A stretch of 64,000 nucleotides of DNA from Eukaryota sp. GEM-RC1. Its lineage: Eukaryota. Positions 24,444-35,349 of this stretch are shown in pieces; positions within the stretch are counted from its first letter, which is position 1, and every line of letters begins with the position of its first letter. Below the pieces are notes generated by a model. It did no database searches, was not told the origin of the DNA, and was given only the letters and a program-made list of their open reading frames with translations. The position numbers and the translations under genes are program-made. The stretch spans positions 2,170,001 through 2,234,000 of the forward strand of contig JAUFOQ010000003.1 in the NCBI GenBank assembly GCA_040285855.1, given 5' to 3'.

Positions 24444-27400
24444 ATGCCGCAGCTGCTCTCTCTGGATGCACTGACTAAACTTGCTCGTCAGACGGATATA
24501 CCTCCCGTTCCACCAACTTCTTCACAGTCGTCATCACATTTGTCTTTGACGTCTTCTGCAGCGTCCTCGCAAGTCAGTCTTCATTCTAAGTCTGCATCTT
24601 CCTTACAACACTCGTTTAGTGCCAGAAATACATCTCAGATCAGCTCTAATAGTGGTTCTCCTGCCAAACTATCAGCTCCACATGCTAGTACTACATCTCC
24701 TGCGCCATCCTCACAGGCTTCGCTTCATCAAAAAGCCACAGTTCCCTTACGACACTCACCCGGAACTAAACCTCCATCTCAGATGACCTCCAACACTGCC
24801 AGGTTAGTCATTCCACAAGCTAATGCTCTCACTTCTTCTTCTGTACCTTCTTCACAATCTTCTCTTCATTCTAAATCCTCGGTTTCCTTACACCACTCAC
24901 CCAGTACCAAACTTCCCTCTCAATCGCCTTCCAAGCCCGAATCAAGCTTCACTCTAGATCTTCCTAAAAATCCCTCACTTCCTAGTTCCCGTTCAAGTGT
25001 TTTGAAGAATCGGCCCAAGATCAAGGCACGTACTATTGACACTTCATCTCCTACCCAACCGCCCAATAATACCCCTGATATCAAACAAGCTTTACAATCA
25101 CTGAAAGAACCTGAAACTTTTCATCCTTTTGTTAACCAGTTTCTGCTCAATGATTCTTCTTCACTTGAACCTACTACTCCCAGATCCTCTATCCCGCGTA
25201 AAGCTGCTCCACTTGCTGCTTACTGTAGGCTTAAACCTACCAAATCTAAGAACCTCCTAATTGAACAACCTACCGATAACTCGATTTCTATTCGTGTGCC
25301 TAAAAACTCTACTGATACCACAGTCAATAATACCAAAGAGCTATGGTCTTTTCCTTTCACTTCAATTCTTGCTGATGATAACCTTGATGTTTATAAGGAA
25401 ATCGCTACCCCTGCTGTTCTAGGTCTCTTCCACAATGTTTCATCCACCTTCTTTGTTTTTGGAGGTATAGCTAGTGGTAAGACATACACTCTCTTTGGTT
25501 CTCCTACTTGTATTTCCCAAGAGTCTATTGGTCTGATTCCTTTATCTCTTCATTCCATTTTTCGAAGACTTACTGATGATCAGGAAGTTTTGCTTTCTGT
25601 GGTGGAGTTAAAAGATGACGAGGTTTATGACCTTCTGCAAACGTCATCTGATGAACATGGGAAGAAATCTCCTCGTATGCTAAATTCCTCAATTATTTGC
25701 AGTGCCAGTAGCAATCCAATGGTCACGTCAATTCCAGGACTTTCTCAGAATAAAGTGTCAAAATTACGTGAAGCTCTAGTCATGCTATCCAATGCAAATG
25801 ACTTGAGAAGAGTCGAAAGAACTAAATGGAATGATGTATCAACAAGGTCACACGTTGTTTTATCAATTCATTTAGTCTCGAAAATTCAACAAACTCATAG
25901 TAAATTATGTTTTGTTGATCTTGCTGCTCCTATTAAAGTTACTGATTTACCAAATAATCAAAGTACTTTCTTTAAAAAAATCTGTCAAAATCAATCAATC
26001 ACTTTTCTTTTTGGAAGGTGTCTTGTCTGCTGTAACAAATCAAAAGAAACACGTTCCCTACAGAAACTGTTTATTAACTTCAGTTCTTCGTTTTAACATG
26101 TCTTATTCCCCAAGATTAATCATGATTGCTTCTCTTGATCTTGACCCTGGTGCGGTGTCAGAGTCTTTGTCCACGTGTTTGTTCTTTCGTAGAATAGGTC
26201 TAGTAAAGGGACTTAAACATCAAGGAAATAAACCTAGAATGGAAAAGATTCTAGAAGGAGAGCAAGTAATGGCTCGACGAGGTTCAATTGCTCGACCACC
26301 CTTAGCTCAAAATTCTTTAGATTTATTTAAAAAGTCTACACAAGACCAAGACTCCAAGCTCTCTGAACATCAGGAATCTCTCCTTGACCAGTCCCAGTCT
26401 TCTTCTAAAGTTCATCATTCCACTTCTAGTACGATTAGTCATAAGTCTGAAAGTAGTGGCAAGACAAAGTTTACTTCAATGTTGGAAAGTGTTATCGATA
26501 ATGAGGTAGCTTATCATTCTACTGATTCTAATGAAGATGATAGGGAATCGTTATGTGGTGAGCTCCATTCTGGTGATGACAGCACTTCAATCAATGATTC
26601 CACTTTCCATCACTTGAGTGATGACAACACATCACCAATTGATTCTGACTGTCGTCACGTGAGTGAAGTTTCCATTGAAGTTGAGGATGGTTTCCAGGTC
26701 AGTACTTCAGAAGAGGAAAGTCTTGGTTATAAATCTATTGATACTGAAGCTTCACTTTCTGAAGTAGCTACTCCTGAAATTAAGAAGGAACGTGTTGTTC
26801 CTGAGTATGCAAGATTCTTTTCCTGGCAGAAACTTAAAGCCATTGTTGCTTATTCCTCAATTATTCTCTTTTCATGTTAATATTCCTTGGTTTTTCCTTT
26901 CCATCTCTATCAGATATCTTTGGTGACGTGATTTGTCCCCAATCCTTGGTCCTTGATGCTGGTACTGTACAGTATCGTGTTCGTCCTGGTGGTGGTTGGA
27001 CGCTTCATGTCGGAGATTCCAATACCCTGTTTGAGGATGAGATTTACTTTAATCAAGAGTTTACTTCAGAGCCAAATGTTTTTATTGCTATAGGTTCAAT
27101 CGAGTCGTCCCATCCGGCAAGTGTTGACGTGACATTAACACGTCGAAGCATGTCTCATTTTGAAATTAGAATTACGAGAATTCTACCAGCTTATATTAAT
27201 GAACTCACAATCACGTGGATAGCAGTCGGTCAGAATTGTATTGATGACGTGCGGTCTGTTGACTTCCGAGGAGCTCCTACTTTACAACAAATTCCCGAAG
27301 AAGAGGACCCAATTGAACCTCAGCTTGATCACGTCTCTTATTGGGACGGTCATCAACCGTTACCGTTAGAAATTGGTAGCTTCGAAAGTTTAAACTCATC

Positions 27401-30222
27401 TTTGGTCTACTTTTATTCGATATCAGCGCTTCGTTTCAGTCAAGAAACTAATTTAAATAATTTAAATATTTACAATTCTTTTCAATTAGTGAATTCGTCT
27501 GGGTCTGACGACGATCGTGTGTATTTCTATCATGGTATTCGAAGTAAGGGACTTTTAGAAGATGCTCGGTATAACTTTGTCATGTTTGAGAAAGACTTTG
27601 TTGTTTATAACAATTTTGTCTATGATGTCATCAGGTTGAGCTCAGACTCTCATGTTGATTACAATCTTGATGATTACAGTCGTTCATATCTCTCAATTAG
27701 AGCTGAGTTTTCCTCAGATTTTAACCGAATTCCAGATGTAGTTTTGTTTCTTTTGGAATATGATTGTGGTGAAACTGCTTTAAAATACTCAATTGAAATT
27801 AAATCTGTAGACTTTACTGGATTTGAATTTTCTGTGGTATCTTTAGAAGGATCTATAATTACTTTTATTTCTTTCAATTACCTTGCTTTTGATGAAGATT
27901 TTGATGTATTTGATGCTGTTGACTACTTCCTTTTACTACTGTTCTTCTTGTTTTTAATTCTTGCCTTAGCTTTTGAACATTTCAAACCTTCTTTTAAAAC
28001 AGCTCCCAATACTTCCTATGAAATGTATCACTCCTTACCTAAAGATTGGATTACTACAGAAGAAAGGAACGATGATCCTTCCCCACAGTGTCCTAATCAA
28101 GTTTTTAATAATGAGACTTGGGTGTCGATGCTTGAGCATTTTGAAGATTTGAAGAAGAATTATCGTCCTGGAACTCGAGATTTTGTAGAAATTGTCTTTT
28201 GGATGATATTTGCCATGGTTTTGTTGTTGTTCATTTTTTGTTCTACCGAGATTATATTGTTGCCAATAAGTTCTTTCATTCTTTTGGATCAATGTATGTC
28301 ACATTGTTTATTCTTGGTTTGGAACATTTTTTATTGGTCCTTGCTTTTGTTTCCAGTTAGTTGGCCAGAACATCGGTTGGTTAAGGGTTATAACGCTCAA
28401 AATAATCACGTTGCGATTTTGATTGCCAGTCATATCTCTGCAGGTCGGGATCCTGATTTAATTTTGAAAAATTCCACTAAGAATTTCTTTAGACCACCGT
28501 CTAGAGAGGATCTTGAGGAAATTCGTGAGGGGAAGTGTGATGACTTTGAAAGAACTTTACGTCTTGCTTCTTCTAGTTGTGGTATGTTTTACAAATATTT
28601 AAATCTTAACTCAAGGCGATGGGAACGTATATGTTTGTCATAATGCTAATATGAAACAACCTTACCCTAATGACAAAACAATTTCTGTAATTAAAAGGCT
28701 TAAAAAGTGGGGTAGACAAGTAAATTACGTGTTTATACCTACTGGAAACAAAACCTTTTGCTTACAGTATGTAGCCAAGAACATCCTAGCATATCGACCA
28801 GAAATCACTCATGTCGTGATTATGGATGATGACGTGCAAATCCCATCAGATATGAGTTGGCAAACTCATTTAATGGATGAACCAGATGTTGCTGGTGCCG
28901 TCATTACAATTCGTGCTGATATTAACCAACCAAAGCTGAAACATTCTTGGAGACGCCGTTCTTTACTTGTTTGGTTTCAAGATATGGAATACATGGTTTG
29001 AATCACTTTTACTTTCTAATTCCAGTTGTCAGGTTTAATGAAGCTTTGCCAATCTAACTTTGGATCTGCTGCTTATCCCCATGTTTGTTTCTCAACTTTC
29101 TTCTTATCCTAGGGTGCAATCAGTATTTGGAAGAAAGAATTGCTAGTGACAGTGCTTGATCATCATAATAGTGCTTTCCATGGAGAAGATGTTTGTTGTA
29201 TCTATTGCTGGCTAATTATAGGCTCAAATGGGATTTATTTTGCGTGAAAAGTTTAAAAAACCACCTAGATTAATTACTCTATGTGCGACTCCTGCTCTTA
29301 CTTTTCCTCCAACTGAAGTTTTCCATATTGGCGAAGATTTTTTGGTTTGTCACAAATTTTTAAAATTTTTACCGCAGGAGATCATGTTGTCGATGAAAAG
29401 AGTTTGTTTACTCAACGTGTTAAGTCTTGGGACGCGTGTGCTCACAGGTTCTTTTTTAAATATTGCGAACACATTCTACGATATTGGAATTCTGATACTT
29501 TCATTTTGAAACCCTTTTATCTTTATGAAGTTGTAACAATTATTCGTGATTATTTTCACATTTTAATTATTTTGTATTTTATTATGCTTCAAGATTACGC
29601 TCTGTTAGGTTTAGTTTATTTCAGAGTTGTTTTGATTCAATATGTTGTGTTTTTTATCTTCAATTACATTAAGTTACGTCGCAGAAAGGATCTGCAAAGT
29701 CCTTTCATAGTTGTTCTTTTGTTCCCTTTTTATCGTATGATGTTGTCAATGTTTAGAATCTTCGCCATGCTTTATAATTTATTTGAGTATTTGCCTAAGA
29801 AAAGAATGCCCACAGCTGAAGACCCCCACTTAAAGGTACCTTATTTCCATAATTATCTTTCACTTCTGAGCCATCCTGAAATGTGGCAAAAAGTGTGGGA
29901 TTTAGAAAAGATAAAACAAGGCCCTGAAGTTTTCCTTCCAGATGATCTTCCACCGATGTCCTTTAATTCTCCCATGTCTGCTGTTCCTTCTGGTATGCTT
30001 CACCGTCAAGGCAGTACTATGTTCACTAATTCGTCACATTATAGTCCTCAAAGCCCAATGTCTTCCACTTCTGAACAAGGATCTCTGCTCAATAGAAGGG
30101 CGATTTCAACAATGCATTTGAATACTGGTCACGAACAATCTGGTTTAGCTAGGACTGATTCAATGTTAACTAAGACTCGAAGTATGACCAAGTTGCTTCA
30201 TTGGGATGAATATTTAAATTAG
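24444..30222 (+). CDS. Putative kinesin motor - TM - H-type lectin - GT2 processive glycosyltransferase fusion (~1880 aa); introns 28582-28615, 28996-29025, 29083-29112, 29191-29221; 1-nt indels at ~25977, ~26870, ~29340
   Basis: Kinesin motifs GGIASGKTYT, NDVSTRSH, FVDLAAP, INQSL and HVPYRNCLLTSVL. H-lectin-like 'IYFNQEFTSEPNVFIAI...ITWIAVG' and 'EFSSDFNRIPDVVLFL...FNYLAFD'. GT2 motifs GNKT, DDD, QDMEY, HGED and QRVKSW, flanked by TM helices. There is no intergenic gap between the pieces. Confidence 0.75.
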
Positions 30223-30746
30223 TATTTTGTATTCCAATAATTAGGAAAAACTGCACATATGTTTTAAACCTGTGATCATTTTCATATTTAGTATAGACAC
30301 GTTTCTCTGTGGTTGATAGATTAGGGTTCTATCAAATTACAAAATGTTGAACATATTATTTAAATGAGTAAGTCTAATGTTGTCAATGTTTACTGTCAAT
30401 TTATTTATACGCATAAAATAGGTTGAATAGATTTTGGGGGGAACTTTTGATGCAACAGTTTTGGTCATATCGTTTTTGAAAAAATATCTTTATTTTTCAC
30501 ATATATCAGACAACAAATTCCAGCTTAGTTCGTTTCCTACACCACCATCTCCTGGAAACAACCTCAAAAGGAGTGCCTGCAGTTCCAATCCTATCTGTAT
30601 TGTAACAAAATCATATCTCTTCACGAAGGGAAGAGCATCACAAATAGTTGTTCTGTACAGAGATCTTTTGAATTTTGGACAAACTGCTGTGAGTACCGTA
30701 TTGAATTGCGTCTTATCATTTGAAGATCACTTGAAGCTCGTTTTAG

Positions 30747-31029
30747 TAGACCAGTGCGTGACTCAACTCGACTCCGTTCTACAATGTTGTAGTCGACTTC
30801 TAACTCATACTACATAGTATTTAGAGGGCTACTCGAATTGTTATCTTAATTTTGGTTATTTTCTACAATAGTAGCTGGTACTAATCATAACCTTTAGTTT
30901 AATTTCCATAGTATTTAATACTGACTTTGAGTCGACTCGCCTTCGCTTTGATATTTTCTGAGACGAATCGACTCGACTCAAGACGCTGAAGATACTTAGT
31001 CGACTATTTGAGTCGGTTGCACATGTCTA
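30747..31029. mobile_element. hAT-type MITE
   Basis: TIRs TAGACCAGTGC / GCACATGTCTA. 8-bp TSD CGTTTTAG / CGTTTTAA (7/8). Subterminal GACTC/GAGTC repeats. Confidence 0.78.
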
Positions 31030-31269
31030 CGTTTTAATGTGTTGTTTTTGTTTCGATTTTTTGTTCGTGTGTATCTTAAGCTCATAGATTTTCCTTGTTT
31101 GTTACATTTAAGAAGCTACATGTACTCATAATTCTCGTGGTTCAAGATTAGTTGCAGCGCATTTAACTTTTGAAGTACTAGGTGTTTGTATTTCTTTAAT
31201 ATATTGAATTATACAAGAGTAAAATAAATACAAATTTTTTCAAAGTAACAACACAATGTGACATCGATT

Positions 31270-31765
31270 TTTTTTAAAAGAAAATAGATTTATTGTTAGT
31301 ACAATGGACTAATCAACTAAAATTTTTATCATTAAAACAACACCCGTCGCTATCAAACCTTACAACAGCTTTGTCCTGATAAAAGGAACTCACTGCTAAT
31401 AAAGCTTTGGAGATGATTAGGGGAATTGTTTTAAAAACAGTAAACACGATCCGATTCAACCATAACATATGATCAAACTGTTTGTTCATCTTATTTCTAA
31501 CGATTTTTCCGAAATCGTTTAATAAATTCAATGCACTTTTTCTTAAGCGACCATAGATGGAAACAGTACAAAGGACGTAAATCGTATTCAACATGTTTTA
31601 AAGCCATTAATGGTTTCTTGTACTTATCCTGTTTGGCTTATTCAGAAAGGTCTATAAGGGGAAGTTTCAGTGTAAAGATTCTTTAAGAATGTCTTTTTAG
31701 AAACAATCACAGACACCACATCGACAACATACAATTTGTCTGTAGAAGAAGGGACAACAACATAA
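31270..31765 (-). mobile_element. RLE non-LTR 3' fragment
   Basis: 'VVPSSTDKLYVVDVVSV...SIYGRL...LNDF...WLNRIVFTVFKTIP', closely related to the element at 59960-62720. Confidence 0.65.
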
Positions 31766-32054
31766 GTCAATCAAAATTGTACCACAGATTATCAAACATC
31801 ATTCACATCAATGATAATCACTTACATAACTTAAATCCAAAATATCAAAAATCAAGACCAACTAGTCCAAAAGAAACAATTAAAACAATATGCAAGAAGA
31901 TAAGTAGATTACTTCTAAATGAATACAACACTTTTACAAACAATGACTGATACCACTACATGTACAATACAATGTAAACTAGCAATATTGATCCTAATTG
32001 ATCAACTCAAGTCTGTGTTTTTGGAACTTTCCACCTCAACTATAGTGTCAAACT

Positions 32055-32711
32055 CATAGCTTGAAATTATGAACTGAAAAAATTATTATTATTATGATTA
32101 TTATTATTATTACAAGCATAATTCCATAATATTGATAATTATAGCAATGATAGACCAAACAGAATTTTGTAATGGAAAACATCCGAAACTCATCTACATG
32201 TACGCTTACTAGTGGTAATAATGAGGTTTTTTCTTCTTCTCTGAGATCCGAATGCTCTGGAACGTTCTAACTTGCAATATATAGCAAGACACAAGACAAT
32301 AGTAGGTATGTAATTTCGAAAACTATGGGGAAAATGATTATTTGTATTATTATTATTATTATCTATATTCTAAGTTTTCATTTGTTCCATTTGCCATTTC
32401 AATTTTTGGTAATATTGGTCCAGCCGGTTTAAAGTTTTTCAGTGATTTTAGTCTTTTATGTCGTTCTAATGGCAAGGTGTTTAATAGTGCTGTATGGATT
32501 AATCGAATTATATTCGCTCTTTATAGAAGCATTCCCAAGTATTTATGTTCCATTTATTCGAAGTTGTATAGGGACAATTCTCGTGTTGATGTGGAGAATT
32601 TAACTTCTTTCATTTTCTGAATTAGTATGTATTAATTTATTGTTGCAAATAAACTATTACATTATTATTATAACAAATTGTTATGCAAAAATTATATAAT
32701 TTCAAGCTATG
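32055..32711. mobile_element. hAT-type MITE containing a nested RLE non-LTR 3' fragment (+ strand, ~32360-32655)
   Basis: Perfect 16-bp TIRs CATAGCTTGAAATTAT. Perfect 8-bp TSD GTCAAACT (32047-32054 and 32712-32719). Subterminal (ATT)n. Internal 'FVPFAISIFGNIGPAG...WINRIIF'. Confidence 0.9.
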
Positions 32712-32805
32712 GTCAAACTGTCCATGTATAAAAAGCTGACCAAATTAAATGTGAAAATAAAGTCTTTGAAACTTTAAATTTGTTATACCAATGGGTTGCT
32801 TAGAT

Positions 32806-33580
32806 CAGGTATTGGAAAAAATATTTGTTTATAATACATTTTTTAACCGAACCAATATATATCGGTTGAGTTCGCCCGACACCAATAAATATTTGTATTG
32901 AGTGTATTGCAGAGAATTTGAAACAACTATTGGAAAACTATTGTGAAGCACAAGTCCGTGTACTGATCCATGGATGTGAAACAGTTTTCCTCCCCCACTC
33001 ATCATTATCATGTTAAAATTTCACATAGTGTTTGGCGTACTTGATAATTCCGTCATTTGAGTAGAATCTAAATACTTTGTAGATCTCATTTTGCCCATAT
33101 AATTGCCATTCTTCAGTATACGATCATCTTTCAACCTTCTGTATGAAATTGATGATGTTATAGAAGAACCTCTGGAAGACTCTCCTGCCCTTTGTGTAAA
33201 TGGATTGTTGTTGTTTCATTACACAACTCTTTACACGAACGTAAAAAGTTATTAGCTACAGTCCCTAAATTTCCATATATATATAGAAATTCCGAAATGT
33301 TGAAAATCAAAATCATTATGTCTTTGAAAGTTTAATTTTTCAAAACAATCCATGTATCGAAGAACTTTCTTGTCTTCAGCATGGTCAATGCCCGAAAATT
33401 CATCATTAAGTACTTTTTTGGCAGAAGTAGAGTTACAAAGAGATATTAAAAGACCTGAATACAAGCAAGGTTCCAATACAAGCATAGTAAAGGGTATGCT
33501 TGTATAGTTTTTAAGGTTGCTTGTATTGGGATCAAGATGATACTGACACATTGTATGGAAAATTACACAGTAACAATAAC
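32806..33580 (-). mobile_element. Degenerate hAT transposase remnant with one TIR
   Basis: CAGGTATTGGAAAAAATAT at 32806 resembles the TIR of 19763-20386. Minus-strand pieces 'LDP' and 'SGGGKLFHIHGSVH' resemble the decayed hAT dimerisation motif (S..ER.FS..G.VH). Confidence 0.45.
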
Positions 33581-33634
33581 ATTCCTCAAACCTACAGTAG
33601 TGGAATCAGAACATGTTTTTTTATACATTTAAAT

Positions 33635-35044
33635 CTAAATAGATTTAGGTTTTGGATGCATTTCAGATCTCTTATCCAGACTACTAATACTATCAAAAGA
33701 TCCTATAGCTTGTTTGACTCGTGATGAATCCGACAAAATTTCAGAATCAACGACCTTGGATCCAGCAAGATTTCCTAAAACAATTGAACTCTCTTTTCTC
33801 TTCCTCAGATTTGTATACATTTTAGATACCTTACTAAGAGCCATTATTTTAGTTCTCAAAATACGTTTCTTCTCTTCTGAAAATTGTTCGTTTGAAGCAA
33901 CCTCTTCATTACAAGAACTTTCACTAGAATTTGAATTAGCTAATATCGACATATCTTGAACTTGACTCGGGAGATCTAATGAACTATCTAACTCCTTGGT
34001 TAATATTGCAGCTAACAGAGCAGTCAAGTTCTCAGCGACAAAGGGCAAACTCCAAGAGAAACAATCTAGGAAACCTGGTAAGAAATAAGGGTGAGGGGAG
34101 TGGGAAAACTGTCTAAAATTGACTGTGCTTTTGTTGACAGATAGGTAGGCTCCCTTGTTTCCATATGAATCTACGTAATTTGGGGATGAAAACACTGTGA
34201 TTACTGTTGGAAATTGTGTTTTCTTATGAACTTTGTGAAGTTTATACCCAGTTGATTGCGCTTCATGGCCTCTTATTATTGACAACAAGGAGTTTTTCTC
34301 CAGGAATCTACAGGCAGCGGTATAAGTAAAGAAATGAGAAACACCTCTACTAGTATTCCTGACAAACAGCTGATCCTTGGAAACGTCATCAACTGGATCT
34401 GCCCACAGTAGATCACAGAATAAACCTTGCTCAGGGATTTCGGAGAACCTATTAATACGGTTAATATCGGAGACCTTTTCAATGCTAGGAGAGATTCCAC
34501 CATGAACAGCAAAGAATCGATCATCTATTACAGCAGCTAGAGGCAGGGTTTGGAACAGATCGAGGAAATCATGGTAAAGGGCAGTATTAGGGTATTTGTA
34601 TTGGACTTCATCCGAGAAAAGGAAGGTTTGTGTCATTTGTTCACATTCATGGTTCCCACGGAGGATGTAGATGTTGTCGGGATAGTTCAGTTTCAGAGTG
34701 CAAAGGTAAAAGACCACCTCAGTGGAGAAGCAGCCACGATCGACGTAATCTCCCAGGAAGAGGTATTTGGTTGTTTTGGGACTACCAGCCATATCTAGTA
34801 GGTGAAGTAAATCGTAGAACTGGCCGTGTATATCACCGCAAACAATCAGAGGCCCTCTGATAGCCAAAACATTGGGCTCGTTTCGAAAGGCACGTTGAGA
34901 TTTGTCTAAGATTTTCATGGCATCAGTAGGAGACAGGCGGTACTCATTGACGAAAGCTTCACGGACACAATCAGGATTAGGAAGTCCTGCGCTATTCCAC
35001 AGGAGCTTAGAGTCTACAGGACTATGTGGATAAACGTAAGACAT
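33635..35044 (-). CDS. CNA1: Calcineurin A (PP2B) catalytic subunit
   Basis: PPP motifs GDIHGQ, GDYVDRG and RGNHE. CnB-binding 'FSWSLPFVAE', calmodulin-binding 'ILRTKIMALSKV', autoinhibitory-like C-terminus. Confidence 0.95.
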   Translation of the reverse strand: MSYVYPHSPVDSKLLWNSAGLPNPDCVREAFVNEYRLSPTDAMKILDKSQRAFRNEPNVLAIRGPLIVCGDIHGQFYDLLHLLDMAGSPKTTKYLFLGDYVDRGCFSTEVVFYLCTLKLNYPDNIYILRGNHECEQMTQTFLFSDEVQYKYPNTALYHDFLDLFQTLPLAAVIDDRFFAVHGGISPSIEKVSDINRINRFSEIPEQGLFCDLLWADPVDDVSKDQLFVRNTSRGVSHFFTYTAACRFLEKNSLLSIIRGHEAQSTGYKLHKVHKKTQFPTVITVFSSPNYVDSYGNKGAYLSVNKSTVNFRQFSHSPHPYFLPGFLDCFSWSLPFVAENLTALLAAILTKELDSSLDLPSQVQDMSILANSNSSESSCNEEVASNEQFSEEKKRILRTKIMALSKVSKMYTNLRKRKESSIVLGNLAGSKVVDSEILSDSSRVKQAIGSFDSISSLDKRSEMHPKPKSI

Positions 35045-35349
35045 TCAGTAGTAAGATGGAGAGGAGTGACAGATGCTTTGTTTGATTCAAAAATTTTACT
35101 TTTTCACAACTATAGAATATTTTATAGAACCAGTTAATGAAGTAAAGAAAGTAAGTTTGTTCCAAGTTGTATATTAGACAAGTTCCATGGATGTGGAGAC
35201 ACTAGTACTACTTCTTGAATTGTTTGTTTAATCCATTGTTGCAAATACAACTTAATACAAGGAAAAAAAGCTAATTTATTGAATCTGATCACAAAATAGA
35301 TTTTAAGTGTTAGAAATAAACTAAGAACCAACTAAAAGTGTGTGGGTTA

